Shown here in pieces: positions 24,556 through 32,000 of a DNA stretch of 32,000 nucleotides. The stretch is taken from contig NC_022093.1 in the NCBI RefSeq assembly GCF_000446015.1, positions 630,001-662,000 of the forward strand, in the 5' to 3' direction. Position 1 is the first letter of the stretch, and each line of letters starts with the position of its first letter. The stretch comes from Thermofilum adornatum. Its GTDB lineage: Archaea > Thermoproteota > Thermoprotei > Thermofilales > Thermofilaceae. The position numbers were made by a program, and so were the translations under genes. Below the pieces are notes generated by a model. The model searched no databases. It was not told where the DNA came from and saw nothing but the letters and a program-made list of their open reading frames with translations.

Positions 24556-25408
24556 ATGGCTTTTCTGCGAGTATCCCGTATTCCCTTATTATTTTCTTGA
24601 CTTGGAAGCCTGCGCGTCTGAGTCTTTCTGCTACTCCTTTCTGGAAGCTGACTCCCCTGTGTTTGCCTGGGGCCCCTGTGTAGTGGAAAAGTGTTCCCCC
24701 TCTCTCTAGAACCCTGTATATCTCCCTGTAGAATTCTTCGCTGTAGAGTTGTCCTGCGAATGCAAATACTGGTGGGTCGTGCAGTATCTTTGTAAAGGCC
24801 TCGTCCGGCAGTTGCTTGATTATTTGGGCCGCGTCGCCTAGTAGGATCTTTATGTTGGTTAGGGCTTTCGAGTACGGGTTGTGTTCCGCTATTTTTAGGA
24901 CGTTTATGTCTTTCTCTATTGTTGTTACTTCTGCGCCACGGCTGTGGGATTGTATGGCCGTGTAGCCAAGGCCCGTACAGATGTCCAATACAGTGTCGCC
25001 TCTTTGGACCCCCAAGAGCTTTACTTTTAGGCGTGCATCGTCTAGAGGGGTTGTCCCAGAGATGTTGTGCATGTGTACCCCGTTTATCTCTAGTGTTGGG
25101 GCTGTCTTCTCGCCTAGGTACTTCAGCTTGTAGTAGTTACTATCCCTGAGCTCAACTAGGTAGACGCCTTCCGGGCCAAGATACAGGAACCTGTCGCTGT
25201 CGACGATGCGTCTTAAAATGTTCTCCTCAATTGTATAAGAGTTGTTCTCAAGGCTGATAACGTATCCTTCGCCGGTTTTTTCCGCAACGGCAGAGTCGAG
25301 CCCTACGTTTACCGGGACCTCTCCTTTCCCTTTTAGCCCTAAAAGCCTAGTGGCTGTGTAGGGGCTCAGAAGGATGCCTTGGACGGGTTTAAACGTGTAT
25401 TCCTGCAT
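24554..25408 (-). CDS. Class I SAM-dependent methyltransferase (DPPx-type, probably RNA or N-methylase)
   Basis: The SAM-binding motif is VLDICTGLGYTAIQ, and HDPPVF is a catalytic-type motif. It has an N-terminal extra domain. Substrate cannot be determined from the sequence. Confidence 0.7.
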   Translation of the reverse strand: MQEYTFKPVQGILLSPYTATRLLGLKGKGEVPVNVGLDSAVAEKTGEGYVISLENNSYTIEENILRRIVDSDRFLYLGPEGVYLVELRDSNYYKLKYLGEKTAPTLEINGVHMHNISGTTPLDDARLKVKLLGVQRGDTVLDICTGLGYTAIQSHSRGAEVTTIEKDINVLKIAEHNPYSKALTNIKILLGDAAQIIKQLPDEAFTKILHDPPVFAFAGQLYSEEFYREIYRVLERGGTLFHYTGAPGKHRGVSFQKGVAERLRRAGFQVKKIIREYGILAEKP

Positions 25409-25455
25409 GGTTGGCGCTTCCCAGAGTGAAACATATAGGCTATGTTAATAAATAG

Positions 25456-25547
25456 TGGGCCCGCCGGGATTCGAACCCGGGACCACCGCCGCTCCTAGGA
25501 AATTGTGCCTTGTAAGGGCGGCATCCTAACCACTAGACTACGGGCCC
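25456..25547 (-). tRNA. tRNA-Val: tRNA-Val (anticodon UAC) with ~19-nt intron in the anticodon loop region; no encoded CCA
   Basis: The minus strand reads GGGCCCG TA GTCT AGTGGTTA GGAT G CCGCC CTTACA [AGGCACAATTTCCTAGGAG] C GGCGG TGGTC CCGGG TTCGAAT CCCGG CGGGCCC A. All four stems pair. The intron lies at or next to the canonical 37/38 position. Confidence 0.85.
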
Positions 25548-25708
25548 TGGAGGTCGGTATTTAGAGGGGCCTTGTGTGGTAATAAATTTTTCTTTGCATA
25601 GTTTTTCTTTTGTATAAGCAGGTTTCTGATGGCGCTGGTAGTTCTAAGGACGCCTGGCGTCTAGCAATATTGTAAAAGTTTAAAAGATGTTTTGGTGGTT
25701 TGCTGTGT

Positions 25709-26593
25709 ATGTCTTTCAGGGAACTTTACATGCATCATGTGTCGCCGACTCTTTTCGGCGTGAATGGCGACTATGATTCTGCAAGGATTGTAGTGATGGG
25801 TATTCCCTTTGACTCCGCCGCAACAGGTGTGCCTGGTGCACGTTATGCCCCTAGGAGGATTAGGGAGGTCTCAGTGGAGCTTGAGACTTTTCACCCTGCA
25901 ACAGGCCTCGACGTCGAGTTTGCCAACGTGTTTGACGCGGGCGACTTGCCGCTGGTTACCTGTGTGGATTCACTGGTTAGGGTTGTGGGCAGAGTTGTCG
26001 AGGAGGTTTATGACTCCGGGAAGAGAATTATTTCTCTTGGCGGGGATCACTTTGTGTCGTACCCTGTCATCTCCACTGTGGCGAGGAAGACCGGCAGGCT
26101 AGGTGTGCTTGTGTTTGATGCTCACATGGATCTGCGTGACGAGTACCCGTTCGACTGCAGGTACAGCCATGCGACCGTGTTCAGGAGGCTACTGGAGGAG
26201 AACTCAAACATCGAGGTTGCGTATTTTAGGCCTAGGGGCTGGAGCAAGGAGGAGTATCTCTACGCTAAGGAGACTAAAAGGGTTCAGGTCCTCGGGGACG
26301 AGGCAGAGGTGGATGACTGGTTTAGGAGGGCCGAGAATGTATATGTGACAATTGATATAGATGCTGTAGACCCCTCGTTTGCCCCCGGGACGGGGACACC
26401 TGAGCCATTTGGATTGCATCCTGATACTGTACGGAAGATAATAGAGGAGACATTCCCGAGGTATTCCCAGAAGATAAGGGGCCTGGACATCGTCGAGGTT
26501 AACCCGCTTGTTGACGTCAATGATGTGACTTCTAGGCTGGCGGCTAAACTATTGATGTATGCCTTGGTGGGCCTGCTCCCATATTTGGGATAG
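25709..26593 (+). CDS. speB: Agmatinase / ureohydrolase family protein
   Basis: Mn-binding ureohydrolase motifs are SLGGDHFVSYPV, VFDAHMDLRD and TIDIDAVDPSFAPGTGTPEP. The ORF is open from a TTG at 25700; the first ATG is at 25709. Confidence 0.85.
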   Translation: MSFRELYMHHVSPTLFGVNGDYDSARIVVMGIPFDSAATGVPGARYAPRRIREVSVELETFHPATGLDVEFANVFDAGDLPLVTCVDSLVRVVGRVVEEVYDSGKRIISLGGDHFVSYPVISTVARKTGRLGVLVFDAHMDLRDEYPFDCRYSHATVFRRLLEENSNIEVAYFRPRGWSKEEYLYAKETKRVQVLGDEAEVDDWFRRAENVYVTIDIDAVDPSFAPGTGTPEPFGLHPDTVRKIIEETFPRYSQKIRGLDIVEVNPLVDVNDVTSRLAAKLLMYALVGLLPYLG

Positions 26594-26636
26594 TAAAGTT
26601 TTTAACGACAAGCTGGGGATTCTTGGCTGATTATTT

Positions 26637-26810
26637 ATGGAGGGTTTTGGTGAGGCACGAGAGATCAAGATGTACAGGTGTCTTAGGTGTGGTAATGTTT
26701 TTAGCTTGGAGGACCAGGAGAGGCTTCCTGGGATAAGGTGTCCCCAGTGCGGGTTTAGGATTTTTGAAAAGGTTAGGTTGCCTATTCCTAAGCGCGTGAA
26801 GGCTGTTTAG
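26637..26810 (+). CDS. rpoP: DNA-directed RNA polymerase subunit P (Rpo12), Zn ribbon
   Basis: This small ORF is not in the supplied track. It translates as MEGFGEAREIKMYRCLRCGNVFSLEDQERLPGIRCPQCGFRIFEKVRLPIPKRVKAV, with CxxC...CxxC. The true start may be the internal Met at 26670. Confidence 0.7.
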   Translation: MEGFGEAREIKMYRCLRCGNVFSLEDQERLPGIRCPQCGFRIFEKVRLPIPKRVKAV

Positions 26811-26893
26811 CGAGACCTGCCATTCTAGGAGAGAAACAATGAGTAAAGTTTATATTGCGGCATGTTCATGTGTTTCTTAGCGTACGGGAGAAA

Positions 26894-27181
26894 ATGAGCG
26901 CGGAGTTGCTAGATAATATATTAAAGGGCGTCTTCAAAGAGCAACAAGTTATCAAGATACGTGTAGAGAAAAGAAAAGGTCACAGAGAAGTTACCATTAT
27001 TCAGGGCTTAGACCTCAAAGACCCCAACCTCAAGAAGCTTGTGTCCGAAATGAAGGCAAAGTTTGCGTGCGGCGGGACAATAAAGGACGACCACGTGGAG
27101 CTTCAGGGAGAGCATCGCTACAAGGTTAAAGAGTTCCTTGTGGCCAATGGTTTTCCAGAGAGCAACATAATTGTAGAGTAG
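26894..27181 (+). CDS. Translation initiation factor aSUI1 (eIF1 homologue)
   Basis: IKIRVEKRKGHREVTIIQGL and KFACGGTIKDDHVELQGEH are typical SUI1 blocks. The ORF is open from 26855; the Met at 26894 gives the usual ~95 aa. Confidence 0.85.
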   Translation: MSAELLDNILKGVFKEQQVIKIRVEKRKGHREVTIIQGLDLKDPNLKKLVSEMKAKFACGGTIKDDHVELQGEHRYKVKEFLVANGFPESNIIVE

Positions 27182-27251
27182 GGACCTGTTTCCCGAATAT
27201 TAAAAAGAAAACTTTTTTTATCTTAAATTTAAAAATAATTGGTGAATTTAC

Positions 27252-27710
27252 ATGAGTATTGATGCAAATAGTGTTGCCTCTGAGCTTGCCGAGGTTATCG
27301 CAAAAATACAAAAAGAACTGAACGATACTCTGCGCGAAATTTGGGCTAGACACTCTTCTCTCTATCCAGAGAAGCTGAGAATGATGGATCCCCTCTACGA
27401 CATTGAGGATAGAGGAGACTCGATAGCTGTCTATGTCGACGTGCCTGGGTTCAGAAAAAACGAGATAAAGATTAGGGTCACGGAGGACGCAGTGGAGGTT
27501 ATTGCTCAAAAGAACGAGGAAAGAGTAAAGGAGGAAGAATCAAGGAAATATCTCCATCGCCAAAGGCTTTACAAGCAAATTTACAAAAAGATTACTCTTC
27601 CGACAAAAGTTAGACCGGAGCTGGCTAAGGCTAGGTTTGAAGACGGGGTTCTAATAGTAGTTGTTCCCAAGAGTGGTGCCGAAAGAGAGGTCGAAGTAAA
27701 AGTAGAATAA
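27252..27710 (+). CDS. hsp20: Small heat-shock protein (Hsp20/alpha-crystallin family)
   Basis: Alpha-crystallin domain blocks are YVDVPGFRKNEIKIRVTEDAVEVIAQ and ARFEDGVLIVVVPK. Confidence 0.85.
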   Translation: MSIDANSVASELAEVIAKIQKELNDTLREIWARHSSLYPEKLRMMDPLYDIEDRGDSIAVYVDVPGFRKNEIKIRVTEDAVEVIAQKNEERVKEEESRKYLHRQRLYKQIYKKITLPTKVRPELAKARFEDGVLIVVVPKSGAEREVEVKVE

Positions 27711-27728
27711 ATCAATAGGTAAAAAGGT

Positions 27729-28937
27729 ATGCATGCCAGCAGGCCAATTATTAGGGAAGTTGTTAGAGACCTCTATGTTCTACGAATAGATGACCACGAG
27801 ACAAAGTTCTTTGAGGGCTTATGGGAGATACCAGAGGGCATCTCCTACAACGCATACCTCTTGAAGACTGGTGAGGGAGCCGTTCTCTTCGATGGATGGA
27901 AAAAGACATATGCTGATCTGTTAGTCGAGGAGATAGAGAAACTTGTAGACCTTCGCGATATAAAGTATGTCGTTGTTCACCACATGGAGCCTGATCACAG
28001 CGGCAGTATTCCGGCCTTGATGGCACGTGCGACCAACGCCGTTCTGCTTGGACACCCGTTGGCTGGAAAGATGATTTCAAACTTTTATGGTGCATACAAG
28101 TTTAAGCCGGTCAGTGACGGCGAAGAATTGAAGATAGGCGAACACAGCTTGAGATTTATCCATGCTCCATGGCTTCACTGGCCGGAAACAATCTTCACCC
28201 ATATAGTGAACCTAAACGTTCTTTTGACATGTGACGCTTTCGGCTCATATTCTTTGCCCCCAGTTTTTGACAGCGAAGTTGAAGACTGGAACCAGCTGGA
28301 TGTTGCAATTAGGAAATACTATGTAAACGTTATTGGAAAATATTCACAAAACGTATTAAAGGCTTTAGAGAAGCTTAAAAGCCTCCAAGTGTCCCCTTCC
28401 ATAATTGCACCCTCCCATGGAGCGATCTTTAGAGACAAGCCTGCACACATACTGGACAAGTATATTGAAATTGCACAGGGAGTTCCAAAAGAGAACAAGG
28501 CGGTAGTCGCCTACGTGTCCATGTATGGCTTTGTTGAACAAATGATCGACGCAGCCGTTTCACTACTGAGGGAGAAAGGCTTCAATGTGAAGATTTACAG
28601 GTTTACCGACAACCATAGGGATAATGTTTCAGACCTGCTTGGAGACCTTTCCGACGCTGGTCTAATGGTCATCGGTGGGGGCACGTATGAGGCTGGTGTC
28701 CAGCCATTGCTAGGCTACATTCTACACCTCATAGCGTCCAAACTAGGCTATAGGGCTGGCAATCTACCAGTTCTTGTGTTGACGAGCTATGGCTGGGGAC
28801 CCGTTGCGGGAAAAATGGTATTAGAAGAATTAAAGAACAAAGGTTTTACACGTATCGAAAATGTCGAAGCAACTGGGCAGGTACGCCGGGAACACGTAGA
28901 GAAAATCAGGCAGGCCATTGAAAAGCTGACCTCGTAA
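27729..28937 (+). CDS. Flavodiiron protein (FprA-like: metallo-beta-lactamase fold plus flavodoxin-like domain)
   Basis: The di-iron ligand motif is VVHHMEPDHSG (H-x-E-x-D-H). The C-terminal ~140 aa have a flavodoxin-like layout (VVAYVSMYG...). Confidence 0.8.
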   Translation: MHASRPIIREVVRDLYVLRIDDHETKFFEGLWEIPEGISYNAYLLKTGEGAVLFDGWKKTYADLLVEEIEKLVDLRDIKYVVVHHMEPDHSGSIPALMARATNAVLLGHPLAGKMISNFYGAYKFKPVSDGEELKIGEHSLRFIHAPWLHWPETIFTHIVNLNVLLTCDAFGSYSLPPVFDSEVEDWNQLDVAIRKYYVNVIGKYSQNVLKALEKLKSLQVSPSIIAPSHGAIFRDKPAHILDKYIEIAQGVPKENKAVVAYVSMYGFVEQMIDAAVSLLREKGFNVKIYRFTDNHRDNVSDLLGDLSDAGLMVIGGGTYEAGVQPLLGYILHLIASKLGYRAGNLPVLVLTSYGWGPVAGKMVLEELKNKGFTRIENVEATGQVRREHVEKIRQAIEKLTS

Positions 28938-28970
28938 ATCGTCATCATGTTTTTATTCGGATAGCTAGTT

Positions 28971-30278
28971 GTGATTTATGTGGAGAGCTTTAAGGAGGGC
29001 ATACTTCAAGTAGTTTCAAAGATTAAGTCTTCAGTCCTGCTGGACACAAAAGAACTCGACTCTATAATCCGTGAACTGCAAAGGGCCCTGCTGAAGGCAG
29101 ACGTAGAGGTAAAGCTTGTACTCGAGATTTCAGAACGCATAAAAAAGAGGTTTCTAGAGGAGGAGCATCCGCCAGGCTTCTCAAAGAAAGACGTGTTGAT
29201 AAAGATCCTCTATGACGAGCTGGTTAATCTCTTGGGAGGCGAGACGACAGAGGAACTCGCAATTAAGCCGATTCCCTACAAGATAATGCTCGTAGGAATC
29301 GAGGGGTCAGGAAAAACTACCACCGCTGGCAAAATAGCCAACTATTTCAAGAAGAAGGGCTACAGGGTTGGACTCGTAGCTGCAGACACATATAGGCCCG
29401 GCGCCTATGACCAGTTAAAAATGCTCGCCGAATCTGTAGGCGTAATGTTTTATGGTGACCCCCAGGAACGGGACGCTGTCTCCCTAGCTAAGAAAGGCAT
29501 AGAGACACTCGAGAAAGCCGGCGCCCAAATCATAATTATCGACACGGCTGGCCGCCACAAAGACGAGAACTCATTGATGGAGGAGGTAAAGGTACTCTAC
29601 AGGGAACTAAAGCCAAACTCTGTTTTTCTGGTTGTCGACGCGACTCAGGGCAGTGCAGTCGCCCGGCAAGCGCGTGCTTTCCGCGAGGCTGTACCCTATG
29701 GCTATGTCGTTGTGTCCAAGATGGATGGCTCTGCCAAGGGTGGTGGCGCGCTCTCAGCCGTAGCCGCTTCGAATGCTAGAGTCCTCTTTATAGGTGTCGG
29801 GGAAAAAATCGATGACCTGGAGCCCTTCGTCCCGAGAAAGTTTGTAGCTAGACTACTTGGGATGCCAGACCTCGACGCGATTCTTCAGAGATTTGCCGAA
29901 TTCAGTAAATATGAGAAAGAGAGAGCAAAAGCTATAGCCGCTGGAAAAATAACTCTGCTAGACCTTAAAGAACAGCTGGAGAGCATAAAGAAGCTTGGGC
30001 CTCTGTCCAAGATAGCTGAAATGATGGGTCTACAGGTAAAGGTTACAGGCGAGGAGGAAATGAGTGTAGATCGCTGGATAAACATCATGAACTCCATGAC
30101 CATGGAAGAGTTGCTGAACCCAGACATTATTGACTCCTCGAGGATTAGAAGAATAGCAAGAGGCTCAGGAGTTACACCCAGGGATGTAAGACAACTTCTA
30201 GATGCCTACAAAAACATGAAGAAAATGGTAAAACAGTTGTCTAGGTCGCGTAGAGTAGGACTGCCACCCTTCTCTTAG
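28971..30278 (+). CDS. srp54: Signal recognition particle protein SRP54
   Basis: GTPase motifs are GIEGSGKTTTAGKIA (G1), IIIDTAGRH (G3) and VVSKMDGSAKGG (G4). It has an N-terminal four-helix region and a C-terminal M domain. The start is GTG; the exact start is uncertain. Confidence 0.92.
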   Translation: MIYVESFKEGILQVVSKIKSSVLLDTKELDSIIRELQRALLKADVEVKLVLEISERIKKRFLEEEHPPGFSKKDVLIKILYDELVNLLGGETTEELAIKPIPYKIMLVGIEGSGKTTTAGKIANYFKKKGYRVGLVAADTYRPGAYDQLKMLAESVGVMFYGDPQERDAVSLAKKGIETLEKAGAQIIIIDTAGRHKDENSLMEEVKVLYRELKPNSVFLVVDATQGSAVARQARAFREAVPYGYVVVSKMDGSAKGGGALSAVAASNARVLFIGVGEKIDDLEPFVPRKFVARLLGMPDLDAILQRFAEFSKYEKERAKAIAAGKITLLDLKEQLESIKKLGPLSKIAEMMGLQVKVTGEEEMSVDRWINIMNSMTMEELLNPDIIDSSRIRRIARGSGVTPRDVRQLLDAYKNMKKMVKQLSRSRRVGLPPFS

Positions 30279-30456
30279 CCCTCTCGGATAAAACCTGATT
30301 CCCTGGCTACTTTTTTCAGTTCACCGGTTCCCATGAGAAAATTACAATTGATTTTTAATTAAGGAACCTTGAAGAACTTCCTCATTTTCCTTGAATTTTT
30401 TGATTTTTCACTTGAGTATAGATAAGCTTTTATATGTCAACTCGCGAATCAAATTT

Positions 30457-30864
30457 ATGGGAATAACACTTTCAGAACTTAAAGGCAAAAACGTTTACAC
30501 CCAGGACGCGCGTCGAATCGGAGAAATAATTGACTTCGGCTTCAAGATAGGCGAAACCACGCCCTTCTTCGTGGTGAGAACTCCCTCCGGAAAACCCCTC
30601 GAGATACCCTGGAGCAGTGTAGCGGCAGCCAAAGACATAGTTTTGCTGAAACCAGACTTCCAGGTTCCAGAAGACCTCCTCGTACAACCAGCCATGCCTG
30701 TTGCAACTCCACAGACTACACAAGCACAACCTGCCCAGCAACCCCGCTTTGGAATCTTTAAGAAAAGCGAACAGAAGATTTGTCCCTACTGTGGAAAACC
30801 AGCCACATGGATACCCCAGTATCAGCGCTGGTACTGCTATAATTGTCAAAAATACATAGACTAG
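30457..30864 (+). CDS. PRC-barrel domain protein with C-terminal Zn ribbon
   Basis: LKGKNVYTQDARRIGEIIDFGF...IPWSSVAAAKDIVLL is PRC-barrel-like. The C-terminus carries CPYCGKPATWIPQYQRWYCYNC. The ATG at 30457 is preferred over the upstream TTG at 30391. Confidence 0.7.
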   Translation: MGITLSELKGKNVYTQDARRIGEIIDFGFKIGETTPFFVVRTPSGKPLEIPWSSVAAAKDIVLLKPDFQVPEDLLVQPAMPVATPQTTQAQPAQQPRFGIFKKSEQKICPYCGKPATWIPQYQRWYCYNCQKYID

Positions 30865-30943
30865 GAAAAAGCCTCCGCCGAAACGACGTGATTTTTCTCT
30901 TAGGAAAGTATTTAAATATCAAATAAGAATTTTTCAACCGAGC

Positions 30944-31044
30944 GGTGCGCGCGGCATAGCCGCCAGTAGAGAGCGCTTCAAGCTAAAGGCGGTGTACCGC
31001 CGGTAGCTGTGAAAAGGCGTGTTGCCTGGCGGCTACAGCGCACC
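30944..31044 (+). ncRNA. Small GC-rich structured RNA candidate (~100 nt), class unknown
   Basis: Nested perfect stems are visible: GGTGCGC (30944-30950) with GCGCACC (31038-31044), GCCGCCAG with CTGGCGGC, AGCTA with TAGCT, and GGCGG-TGTA-CCGCC. A TATA-like TTTAAATA (30911-30918) lies about 26-33 nt upstream. The surrounding intergenic DNA is AT-rich. Strand is uncertain, because an A/T-rich box also exists on the other side. Confidence 0.4.
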
Positions 31045-31115
31045 GAGGACGACCACCCTTTAGTTGTAAAATTAAAATACCTGAATATTGTTGCTAGTTT
31101 AGTGGTGTGGTATAT

Positions 31116-32000
31116 ATGGGTGGTTTACCTGTTTCACCTAAATATGTTATAAGGGCTAGAATAGATGTTAAGGGTAACGTCGAGAAGCACGATATAATAG
31201 GGGCGATTTTTGGACAGGCTGAGGGCTTGATTGGAAACGAGCTTGACTTGAGAGAGCTCCAGAAGCTTGGGAGGATTGGCAGGATTGAGGTTGAGATGAA
31301 GCAACAGGACGGCAACGTTGTGGCTGAGGTGGAGATACCGACGAACCTTGACATGGCTGAGACAGCGATAATAGCGGCGACTATCGAGACCATTGATAAG
31401 GTGGGTCCTTATCCTGCCAGGAGCGAGGTAGTATCTATAGAAGACGCCAGGGCCGAAAAAAGGCAGAAAATTATAGAGAGAGCTGTTGAGCTATACAAAA
31501 AGTTGCAGGAAAGTATACCTGAGTCTAAGGAATTAGTCGAAGAAGTTCTCCGCAGGGTTCGGTCTGCTGAACTTGTAGAATACGGGGAGGAAAAACTTCC
31601 AGGCGGACCCGACGTAAAGACCTCGGATACCATTATACTTGTGGAGGGAAGGGCGGACGTCTTAAACTTGCTGAGGTACGGCTACAAGAACGTGTTAGCA
31701 CTGGGAGGCGCCACTATTCCCCCAAGTTTAAGGGAACTCCTTTCAAACAAGAAAGTTATCTTGTTCGTCGACGGGGATAGGGGCGGCGAGCTGATAGCGA
31801 GGAACGTAGTGAATTCTCTAAAGGTCGACTATATAGCCAGGGCTCCGCAGGGCAGAGAAGTCGAGGAGCTCACCGCAAAAGAAATTGCAAGGTCCCTACA
31901 GAATGCTGTACCAGTTAAAGATTTCCTTGAAGAGCTTGAGAAAGAAAAGAAACTGCAGAAAGAGAGGGAGACAAAAGCCGAGGTTATTGTCCCACCCACG
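31116..32000 (+). CDS. dnaG: Archaeal DnaG (TOPRIM primase-like protein / exosome-associated), 3' end cut by window edge
   Basis: This ORF is not in the supplied track because it is open to the window end. It translates as MGGLPVSPKYVIRARIDVKGNVEKHDIIGAIFGQAEGLIGNELDLRELQKLGRIGRIEV... The TOPRIM motifs are ILVEGRADVLNL and ILFVDGDRGGELI. Confidence 0.88.
   Translation, partial: MGGLPVSPKYVIRARIDVKGNVEKHDIIGAIFGQAEGLIGNELDLRELQKLGRIGRIEVEMKQQDGNVVAEVEIPTNLDMAETAIIAATIETIDKVGPYPARSEVVSIEDARAEKRQKIIERAVELYKKLQESIPESKELVEEVLRRVRSAELVEYGEEKLPGGPDVKTSDTIILVEGRADVLNLLRYGYKNVLALGGATIPPSLRELLSNKKVILFVDGDRGGELIARNVVNSLKVDYIARAPQGREVEELTAKEIARSLQNAVPVKDFLEELEKEKKLQKERETKAEVIVPPT

Overview
This window looks like a chromosomal segment from a hyperthermophilic crenarchaeon (Thermoprotei-like). 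The supporting evidence is archaeal housekeeping genes (DnaG, SRP54, aSUI1, RpoP), an intron-containing tRNA, split cas3'/cas3'' genes and 25-bp CRISPR repeats ending in ATTGAAGG. Reading left to right, the window contains:

- **1-2303:** the end of a type I (I-A-like) cas cassette, with a 5'-truncated Cas3' helicase and a Cas3'' HD nuclease.
- **2340-3724:** CRISPR array 1 (18 repeats) with a ~245-bp leader on its right side.
- **3781-5580:** a GC-rich HerA/DUF87-like ATPase gene.
- **~5.6-15.2 kb:** an AT-rich accessory island. It carries a tightly overlapping five-gene minus-strand operon: 240 aa unknown, SF2 helicase, DUF1998 protein, wHTH-PLD nuclease, 469 aa unknown. This resembles the DrmA/B/C core of DISARM. 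The island also holds an EndoIII/MutY-family (Mig-like) glycosylase, a C5 cytosine methyltransferase and an RHH regulator.
- **15273-16370:** a membrane transglutaminase-like protein.
- **16569-17506:** CRISPR array 2 (11 repeats) with a near-identical leader.
- **~17.6-19.7 kb:** a GC-rich, hairpin-dense region without credible ORFs, plus a 424-aa ORF with LAGLIDADG-like motifs.
- **19.7-24.3 kb:** three minus-strand genes (DUF711, a P-loop-like two-domain protein, a FlaI/VirB11-type ATPase) and a decayed third CRISPR repeat with leader remnant.
- **24.5-32 kb:** ordinary housekeeping genes, comprising a SAM methyltransferase, tRNA-Val with intron, agmatinase, RpoP, aSUI1, Hsp20, a flavodiiron protein, SRP54, a PRC-barrel/Zn-ribbon protein, a small structured RNA candidate and 3'-truncated DnaG.

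The strongest candidate for a new system is the DISARM-like operon with its two unassignable partner genes, lying between two CRISPR arrays.

A second unusual signal is a mosaic of extreme keto/amino (G+T versus A+C) strand skew. It flips abruptly, once inside an intact ORF. It also generates many long spurious ORFs.

All calls rest on motif reading by eye; no database search or alignment was run.
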